Shown: in pieces, positions 57,685 through 64,000 of the stretch
Numbering within the stretch: position 1 is the first letter of the stretch
Layout of the letters: every line of letters starts with the position of its first letter
Assembly (NCBI GenBank): GCA_028715785.1
Contig: JAQURC010000003.1
Span: 91,423-155,422, forward strand
Length of the DNA stretch: 64,000 nt
From: Candidatus Omnitrophota bacterium
GTDB taxonomy: Bacteria > Omnitrophota > Gorgyraeia > Gygaellales > Profunditerraquicolaceae
Reading direction: 5' to 3'
Made by a program: the position numbers and the translations under genes
The notes under the pieces: model-generated
What the model saw: only the letters and a program-made list of their open reading frames with translations
Database searches by the model: none
What the model was told of the DNA's origin: nothing

Positions 57685-58937
57685 ATTTCCTTCGGATGCG
57701 TAATTTTGCCGGTTACTGCCGAGGCCGCGGCCACTGCCGGATTAGACAGATACACAAAAGATTTAGGGCTGCCCATCCTGCCTAAAAAGTTCCGGTTGGT
57801 TGTGGCAATGGCTACCTCACCGTCGGTTAAAATACCCATATGGCCGCCAAGGCATGGCCCGCAGGTCGGCGTTGAAAAAACTCCCCCGGCTTCCACAAAA
57901 ATTTCAGCCAATCCTTCTTTTACCGCTTGCAGGTAAATCTTCTGCGTTGCCGGAAAAACGATTAATTTAACCCCTTTGGCCGCTTTTTTTCCTTTAAGCA
58001 AAGAGGCGGCGATACGCAAATCCGAGATCCTGCCGTTAGTGCAGGAACCAATAACCACCTGGTCAACTTTAATATTTTTTAGTTCGCCTGCCGGCTTAAC
58101 ATTGCTGGGTAAATGCGGACAGGCAACCATCGGCTCTAATTTAGTAATATCCCATTCATACGTTTTTTCATAAACAGCATCGGGATCTGAATGGTAAAAT
58201 TTAGATTTACGTTTAAAACCGGCGACGAATTTTTTAGTGGTCGCATCCGGGGCGATTATCCCCGTCCTTGCCCCGGCTTCGATTGCCATATTGCAGATCG
58301 AAAAACGGTCATCCATCCCTAATTTTTCGATTACCGGGCCGCAGAACTCCATTACTTTATATAAAGCCCCGTCAACACCGATCTGGCCGATGGCGTAAAG
58401 AATCAGGTCTTTGCCGCCAACCCATCTATTCAACTTACCTTTATAGATGAATTTATGCGTTGCCGGTACCTTCAACCAGCATTTGCCGTCGATATAAGCG
58501 CGGGCCAAATCCGTTGAGCCCATTCCGGTGGCATAAGCGCCTAAAGCCCCATAGGTGCAGGTATGCGAATCCGCGCCGATGATCAGGTCTCCGGGCAAAA
58601 CAATTCCTTTTTCCGGCAAAAGAGCGTGTTCAATTCCCATGCTCCCGATTTCAAAATAATTCTTGATCCCCTGCTCCTTGGCAAAATTAGCTAAAATTTT
58701 GCATTGGTTGGCGCTTTTTAAATCTTTAGCCGGGGCAAAATGATCCGGGACTAAAACAACTTTATTTTTATTAAATACCTGTTTAAAACCGGATTTTTTA
58801 AATTCAGCGATGGCAAGAGGGGCGGTAATATCGTTGGCCAAGGCAACATCAACGCTGGCTTCGATAAACTCTCCCGGCGAAATTGACTTTTGAGCGCAAT
58901 GCTTCAATAATATTTTTTCCGCAATCGTATAGCCCAT
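57648..58937 (-). CDS. leuC: 3-isopropylmalate dehydratase large subunit (short, archaeal-type aconitase fold)
   Basis: Cys ligands for the Fe-S cluster. The last 11 aa (VIARSKATKQS) are encoded by repeat A4. Confidence 0.9.
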   Translation of the reverse strand: MGYTIAEKILLKHCAQKSISPGEFIEASVDVALANDITAPLAIAEFKKSGFKQVFNKNKVVLVPDHFAPAKDLKSANQCKILANFAKEQGIKNYFEIGSMGIEHALLPEKGIVLPGDLIIGADSHTCTYGALGAYATGMGSTDLARAYIDGKCWLKVPATHKFIYKGKLNRWVGGKDLILYAIGQIGVDGALYKVMEFCGPVIEKLGMDDRFSICNMAIEAGARTGIIAPDATTKKFVAGFKRKSKFYHSDPDAVYEKTYEWDITKLEPMVACPHLPSNVKPAGELKNIKVDQVVIGSCTNGRISDLRIAASLLKGKKAAKGVKLIVFPATQKIYLQAVKEGLAEIFVEAGGVFSTPTCGPCLGGHMGILTDGEVAIATTNRNFLGRMGSPKSFVYLSNPAVAAASAVTGKITHPKEIVIARSKATKQS

Positions 58938-58954
58938 TTTTTTTAAATAGGTGC

Positions 58955-60196
58955 TTATTTAAACTTTTTGACAATCAGAGAGGCGTTATGTCCGCCGAAC
59001 CCTAAAGAATTGGACATGCAGGCTGATACATTTACTTTACGCGCGGTATTGGGCACGTAATCCAAGTCGCATTCCGGATCAGGATGTTCATAATTGATGG
59101 TGGGAGGGACAACTCCGTCTTTGATTGCCAGACAGCAAACCACAAATTCTACCCCGCCGGCCGCGCCCAAAAGGTGGCCGGTCATCGACTTTGTCGAAGA
59201 AACCATTACCTTCTTGCTATGCTGGCCAAACGCCTTTTTCATCGATAAAGTCTCGATTTTATCGTTAAGCTTGGTTGAGGTGCCATGCGCGTTGATATAA
59301 TCTATCTGGCTGGGGTTCATCTGCGCATCTTTCATCGCAATAGTCATCGCTGAAGCTGCACCCTCTCCGCCGGGATCAGGGGCAGTTATATGATAAGCAT
59401 CGCAGGTCATGCCAAAACCGACAATCTCGGCGATTATATTGGCATTCCTCTTTTGAGCATGCTCTAAGCTTTCTAAAACTACTAAACCGCTTCCTTCGGC
59501 CATGATAAAACCATCGCGATCCCGTTCAAAAGGGCGGCTGGCTTTTTCCGGTTCATTATTCCTGGTAGAAAGGGCTTTTAAAGCGCAAAAACCGCCCAAC
59601 GCGGTAGGCACAATACAACTTTCCGTGCCTCCGGTAATCATCGCATCGGCATCACCATAAAGAATAGTGCGATAGGCTTCTCCGATAGCATGAGAACCTG
59701 AAGCGCAAGCAGTAGCAACGCATGAATTTGGCCCTTTTAATCCATGGATAATCGCCACCAGGCCGCTTGCCTCATTCACGATAAGCATGGGGATAAGGAA
59801 TGGTGATAATCTAGACGGGCCCTTACTAAGAAAAACCTTATGTTCTTCCTCAATTGTATGCAAGCTGCCGATCCCGGAACCGATAATTACGCCGATACGG
59901 TTTCTGTCTTCTTTATTTAATTCAAGGCCGGAAGATTCAACCGCCTGTTTGGCCGAGGCTACGGCAAATTGCACAAATCTTGCCGTCCTTTTAATATCTT
60001 TAAGGGAAATCCCATACTGCGTGGGGTTAAAATTCTTTACTTCTGCCGCAATCCGGGAATCAAAATCTTTGGCATCAAAACTGGTAATCGGCCCTACTCC
60101 GCCTTTGCCGGCTTTTAAAGATCCCCAAAAGCTGGAAATATCATTGCCTACGGGGCTAATCACTCCTAAACCTGTTATTACTACTCTCTTTTTCAT
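58955..60196 (-). CDS. fabF: Beta-ketoacyl-ACP synthase II
   Basis: KRVVITGLG start and the catalytic Cys-His-His triad. Confidence 0.9.
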   Translation of the reverse strand: MKKRVVITGLGVISPVGNDISSFWGSLKAGKGGVGPITSFDAKDFDSRIAAEVKNFNPTQYGISLKDIKRTARFVQFAVASAKQAVESSGLELNKEDRNRIGVIIGSGIGSLHTIEEEHKVFLSKGPSRLSPFLIPMLIVNEASGLVAIIHGLKGPNSCVATACASGSHAIGEAYRTILYGDADAMITGGTESCIVPTALGGFCALKALSTRNNEPEKASRPFERDRDGFIMAEGSGLVVLESLEHAQKRNANIIAEIVGFGMTCDAYHITAPDPGGEGAASAMTIAMKDAQMNPSQIDYINAHGTSTKLNDKIETLSMKKAFGQHSKKVMVSSTKSMTGHLLGAAGGVEFVVCCLAIKDGVVPPTINYEHPDPECDLDYVPNTARKVNVSACMSNSLGFGGHNASLIVKKFK

Positions 60197-60264
60197 ATTT
60201 ATACTAAATAACCCAGCCATTGCGTGCAAGGACTGGGTTATTTATTTACTGTTAATTGGATATG

Positions 60265-60501
60265 TTATTTGGCGCTTTTCTCATCAATATACTTGATGGC
60301 ATCGCCAACAGTAGCAATCTTTTCTGCATCCTCATCAGGAATCTCAATGCCGAATTCCTCTTCTAAAGCCATAACTAACTCCACGGTATCCAGGGAATCC
60401 GCGCCCAAATCATCGACAAACGATGCCTCAGGGGTTACTTCCTCCGGTTTTACGCCTAACTGTTCCGCTATGATTGATTTTACTTTCTCTTGTGATGCCA
60501 T
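60265..60501 (-). CDS. acpP: Acyl carrier protein
   Basis: [21 protein letters not shown]. The SD GGAGG precedes the internal ATG. Confidence 0.9.
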   Translation of the reverse strand: MASQEKVKSIIAEQLGVKPEEVTPEASFVDDLGADSLDTVELVMALEEEFGIEIPDEDAEKIATVGDAIKYIDEKSAK

Positions 60502-60539
60502 TCTTTTTCCTCCTTGTGTAGAGAGACACGTCATATGCT

Positions 60540-61283
60540 TTACGCCATGACCATCCCGCCATCGATGGTAATTGTCTGCCCGGTTATATAACTTGACTCA
60601 TCAGAAGCCAAAAATAAGCAGACATTTGCTACATCTTCCGGTGTACCTAATTTCGCTAAAGGAATCGCCTCCAGCATTTTCTTTTTTAGATCCTCAGGAA
60701 GCTTCGCGGTCATCTCCGTCTGAATAAACCCCGGAGCTACCGCGTTAGCGTTAATATTACGGCTGGCTAACTCCTTAGCTACTGTCTTGGTAAGAGCGAT
60801 GATCCCGGCTTTGGAAGCGGCGTAATTTGCCTGGCCCGGGTTACCCATTAAACCGATAATCGAAGCGATACTGATAATCCGTCCGCTTCTTTGCTTAACC
60901 ATCGGCCGGGATACGGCTTTAATACAGTTAAATGTGCCTTTTAAATTAACGTTGATTACCGCATCCCAATCCGCCGGGGACATTCTAAGCAAAAGATTAT
61001 CCTTAGTAATTCCGGCGTTGTTAACTAATATATCAACCTTTCTCATTTTGTCAAGAATTTTGTTTATGCCTTCTTCGACCTTATCATAGCTGGTTACATC
61101 CATCTCCAAAGCCAGCGCTTTACGGCCCAAGCCTTCAATTTCCAGGGCGGTTTTCTGCGCTGTTTCAAGGTTAACATCAGCTACCACAATATCGGCGCCT
61201 TCTTTGGCAAAAGCTATAGCAATTGCCCGGCCAATACCCCTTGCTCCACCGGTAATCAAAGCAACTTTATCTTTTAATCTCAT
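60540..61283 (-). CDS. fabG: 3-oxoacyl-ACP reductase
   Basis: SDR with TGGARGIG and YxxxK. Confidence 0.9.
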   Translation of the reverse strand: MRLKDKVALITGGARGIGRAIAIAFAKEGADIVVADVNLETAQKTALEIEGLGRKALALEMDVTSYDKVEEGINKILDKMRKVDILVNNAGITKDNLLLRMSPADWDAVINVNLKGTFNCIKAVSRPMVKQRSGRIISIASIIGLMGNPGQANYAASKAGIIALTKTVAKELASRNINANAVAPGFIQTEMTAKLPEDLKKKMLEAIPLAKLGTPEDVANVCLFLASDESSYITGQTITIDGGMVMA

Positions 61284-61303
61284 TTAAGCCCCCATTGCCA
61301 ATT

Positions 61304-61335
61304 ACAGTAGGGGAGGTTTAAACCTCCCCTACTGT
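61304..61335. repeat. 32-bp perfect palindrome ACAGTAGGGGAGGTTTAAACCTCCCCTACTGT
   Basis: Centred on GTTTAAAC, in the fabD-fabG intergenic gap. Confidence 0.9.
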
Positions 61336-61406
61336 TAAAAGTATTATATCACGCTATGTCAGCGCTTTTCTCCTGCTAAATAGGGGACGTCCTCTAAGGG
61401 GACACC

Positions 61407-62333
61407 CTACTGCAACGCTAAAATATCTTCTTTCTTCTCTATATTTACCACTTGCGCATTGCTATCAATGCGGCGCATTAACCCTTTTAATACCTTACCC
61501 GGCCCAAACTCGATAAAATTGGATATCCCTTTCGACAAGATCAATTTTATCGAATCCTCCCACAACACGCTGGCAGAAACCTGACGGATCAGATTCTGTT
61601 TAATCTCCTCGGGATTTAAAACGGGCTTACCGGTAACGTTACTAATTACGGGAAATTTGGGTGCGCTTATTTTTATTTTATCCAACTCCTTTGCTAATTT
61701 TAGCGAGGCTCCTTGCATAAAAGAAGAATGAAAGGCACCGCTAACTTCCAAAATAACCGCTAATTTTGCTCCCTTTTCTTTAGCCAAAAGTTGCGCCTTT
61801 TCAATTACCTGGGCAGATCCGGAAATAACCGTTTGTCCGGGGCAATTAATATTGGCTATCTCTGCTTTAACTTCAGCACAAATTTCTCTAACCTTGGTTA
61901 AATCCAGACCGATTACCGAAAGCATCTTACCCGGATGTTTAACCGCCTCATCCTCCATAAATTGGCCCCTCTGCCTAACCAAATAAACCGCATCCTCAAA
62001 ATTAAGCGCTTCGGCAGCTACCAAAGCCGAATATTCACCCAGGCTTAAACCTGCCATATATCCATCTATCTGTGGGCATCTGTTCCTATATGCCTGCCAA
62101 CAGGCAATAGTCATGGTAACAATCGCCGGCTGACAGTTATTGGTTTTGGTCAATTCATCCGACGGACCGTTAAAACAAAGATTACTTATTGAAAATCCTA
62201 AAACCTTATCTGCTTTTTCAAAGATCAACTTAGCTTGTGGAAAAGATTCAAATAGATCCTTTCCCATCCCCGCGTATTGGCTGCCCTGGCCGGCAAAAAG
62301 ATAGCCTACCACTCGATAATGCAGGCGCCCCAA
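61407..62333 (-). CDS. fabD: ACP S-malonyltransferase
   Basis: GQGSQ and GLSLGE motifs. Confidence 0.9.
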   Translation of the reverse strand: MGRLHYRVVGYLFAGQGSQYAGMGKDLFESFPQAKLIFEKADKVLGFSISNLCFNGPSDELTKTNNCQPAIVTMTIACWQAYRNRCPQIDGYMAGLSLGEYSALVAAEALNFEDAVYLVRQRGQFMEDEAVKHPGKMLSVIGLDLTKVREICAEVKAEIANINCPGQTVISGSAQVIEKAQLLAKEKGAKLAVILEVSGAFHSSFMQGASLKLAKELDKIKISAPKFPVISNVTGKPVLNPEEIKQNLIRQVSASVLWEDSIKLILSKGISNFIEFGPGKVLKGLMRRIDSNAQVVNIEKKEDILALQ

Positions 62334-63289
62334 ACTAGACCTGCCCCAAATGCGTCTAAGAGGATAATATCACCCTTCTTAACTTTTCCTTCCTGCACTG
62401 CTTCGCAAAGCGCGGTGACCGTGGAAGCGCTGGACATGTTCCCGCACCTTTCGATATTAAGATAGACCCTGTCTTCAGGAATACCTAATTTTTTGGCTAC
62501 CGCCATAATGATGCGCGCGTTTGCCTGGTGCGGAATAATTAAATCCACATCCGCAAAAGTCATATTCGCTTGTTTTAAAACAATCTCGGCGGCGCGGGTC
62601 ATCGTGTTAACCGCGATCTTGAATAATTCATTCCCCTGCATCTTCAGGAAATGCTGGCGGTTCCTTACGGTTTCGCTAGTTGCCGGATTGCGCGAACCGC
62701 CGGCAGGCAGGTTCAATATGCCGGCCTTTGATCCGTCGCATCCTAAATATGTCGAAATAATCCCGCCTTTTTTTACTTCCGATAATACTGCCGCCCCTGC
62801 TCCATCGCCGAACAATACGCAGGTATTGCGGTCCTGCCAATCGGTAATTGCAGATAAAGTCTCCGCGCCAATTACTAAAGCATTTTTATAAGTAGCGGAG
62901 GCGATGAACTTTTCCGCTACGGAAATACCGTATAAGAAACCGGCGCAGGCAGCGGAGATGTCAAAACAGGCCGCGTTTTTGGCGCCAAGCTTATCCTGCA
63001 CGAGCGCGGCCACCGAAGGAAAAGGCATATCACCGGTAATTGTGGCCACGACGATCAAATCTAAATCTTCGGCCTTGAGTTTGGCATTTTCCAACGCCCG
63101 GCAGGCCGCGTTAAAAGCTAAATCCGAAGTAGCCTGGCCTTCAGCAGCCAGGTGCCTTTCTTTTATGCCGGTGCGCGTAGTGATCCACTCGTCGGATGTA
63201 TCGACCATCTTTTCAAGGTCGGCATTAGTGAGGATTCTTTCCGGCAGGTATTCGCCTACCCCGATAATCCCTACTTTTTTCAAAGACAA
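62306..63289 (-). CDS. fabH: Beta-ketoacyl-ACP synthase III
   Basis: Cys-His-Asn triad; FabH family. Confidence 0.9.
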   Translation of the reverse strand: MSLKKVGIIGVGEYLPERILTNADLEKMVDTSDEWITTRTGIKERHLAAEGQATSDLAFNAACRALENAKLKAEDLDLIVVATITGDMPFPSVAALVQDKLGAKNAACFDISAACAGFLYGISVAEKFIASATYKNALVIGAETLSAITDWQDRNTCVLFGDGAGAAVLSEVKKGGIISTYLGCDGSKAGILNLPAGGSRNPATSETVRNRQHFLKMQGNELFKIAVNTMTRAAEIVLKQANMTFADVDLIIPHQANARIIMAVAKKLGIPEDRVYLNIERCGNMSSASTVTALCEAVQEGKVKKGDIILLDAFGAGLVWGACIIEW

Positions 63290-63294
63290 CCTTT

Positions 63295-64000
63295 CTATTT
63301 TATCGCTTCAAGGATCTTGGTATTAACCTGGCGTTCTACCTCTTCCTTGGCTACCCGGATCGCGTTCTTAATCGCCCTTTTATTCGAACGGCCGTGGCCG
63401 ATAATGACTACGCCATTTACCCCTAACAATAACGCCCCGCCGTATTCGGCATAATCAAGCTCCTTCTTAAAACGCTTGAGACTGGGCATCATAAAAATCA
63501 ATCCGATCTTGCCCCAGATATTACTAAGCAGATGGCGTTTTAGAAATGTCTGCATTGCTTCGGCGGCGCTTTCAGAAACCTTCAAAGCCACATTGCCCAC
63601 AAAACCATCGCAGACGATAATATCGCATTTGCCTTTAAAAAGGTCTTTACCCTCGACATTGCCGATAAAATTCAATTTGCTTGTTTCCAGCAGCTCATAA
63701 GCCTCGCGGATAAACCCCGTGCCCTTCTTCTCTTCTTCCCCGATATTCAATAACCCCACGCTGGGATTGGTTTTATTCAGGATATTCTTGCAATAAGCAT
63801 CGGCCATGATCCCATATTGCAATAGTTGCATGGGCTTAGGGTCAATATTTGCGCCGACATCGATGATCAAAGATACTCCTTTTAAAGTAGGGGTAACGAT
63901 GCCGATCCCCGGCCGTTCGATTCCCGGCAAGAGCCTTAATTCCAAAGTAGCGGCGCAAACAACCGCTCCGGTATTGCCCGCGCTAAAGAAAGCGTCGGCC
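63295..64000 (-). CDS. plsX: Phosphate acyltransferase PlsX (5' end off the window)
   Basis: The in-frame upstream sequence continues ADAFFSAGNTGAVVCAAT with no stop up to the window edge. The M drawn in the ORF track is a TTG inside the gene. Confidence 0.85.
   Translation of the reverse strand, partial: ADAFFSAGNTGAVVCAATLELRLLPGIERPGIGIVTPTLKGVSLIIDVGANIDPKPMQLLQYGIMADAYCKNILNKTNPSVGLLNIGEEEKKGTGFIREAYELLETSKLNFIGNVEGKDLFKGKCDIIVCDGFVGNVALKVSESAAEAMQTFLKRHLLSNIWGKIGLIFMMPSLKRFKKELDYAEYGGALLLGVNGVVIIGHGRSNKRAIKNAIRVAKEEVERQVNTKILEAIK

Noticed and set aside
60230-60264. Hairpin AACCCAG-N16-CTGGGTT between acpP and fabF as a terminator
   Set aside because: The stem is weak, the loop is 16 nt, and there is no clean U-tract. 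At best it is an attenuator. It is not called as a feature.
63295-63945. Start of plsX drawn at 63945
   Set aside because: The codon is TTG, and the upstream frame continues without a stop (ADAFFSAGNTGAVV...) to the window edge. The gene is 5'-truncated by the window, not 216 aa long.

Overview
This is a 64 kb bacterial chromosomal segment in which essentially every credible gene is on the minus strand. GC content looks moderate. Gene content (split GcvP, ThyX, LL-DAP aminotransferase DapL, archaeal-type LeuC, a type IV filament cluster with a PilM-PilN fusion) suggests an uncultivated lineage such as Omnitrophota or CPR, but this is not provable from sequence alone.

Gene content from left to right:
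- A lone major type IV pilin.
- An AlbA_2/HATPase-type regulator.
- A cupin-CbiO-CbiQ module (half of a Co/Ni ECF transporter), followed by thyX.
- lipA, lplA, gcvPB, gcvPA, gcvH and gcvT, then the other half of the transporter (cbiN-like, cbiM).
- An MFS transporter, a GT39/ArnT-like glycosyltransferase and a polysaccharide deacetylase.
- A DEAD-box helicase, a nitroreductase, a thioesterase, mtaB, rsmE and a signal-peptide-bearing Memo-AMMECR1 fusion.
- tRNA-Ala(CGC).
- A 10-gene type IV pilus / T2SS-like cluster: four pilins, PilC, PilB with tandem MshEN motifs, a secretin, PilP/O-like proteins, a PilM-N fusion, and a translationally coupled HTH gene.
- A PilX-like protein, a DUF2582 winged-helix protein, a 755-aa TPR protein and uvrA.
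- A small lysine-rich tandem-repeat protein.
- An aspartate-dehydrogenase-like gene followed by a ~14 kb co-directional biosynthetic block: panC, folK, dapL, dapB, dapA, dapF, lysA, argH, argG, argF, argD, argB, argJ, argC.
- rpsI and rplM, truA, asd, leuB, leuD, leuC.
- fabF, acpP, fabG, fabD, fabH, and plsX (truncated by the window end).

The signal least explained by the gene calls is a set of three families of structured, palindromic intergenic repeats:
- Family A: four copies, each with a ~35-bp stem.
- Family B: three ~165-nt copies with terminal inverted repeats and compensatory stem substitutions.
- Family C: two full copies plus one partial copy, with nested GTTTAAAC-centred palindromes.

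These sit almost exclusively at intercistronic junctions of operons. In three cases they supply the stop codon and C-terminal residues of the upstream gene. Several additional perfect palindromes and direct-repeat arrays lie in other intercistronic gaps.
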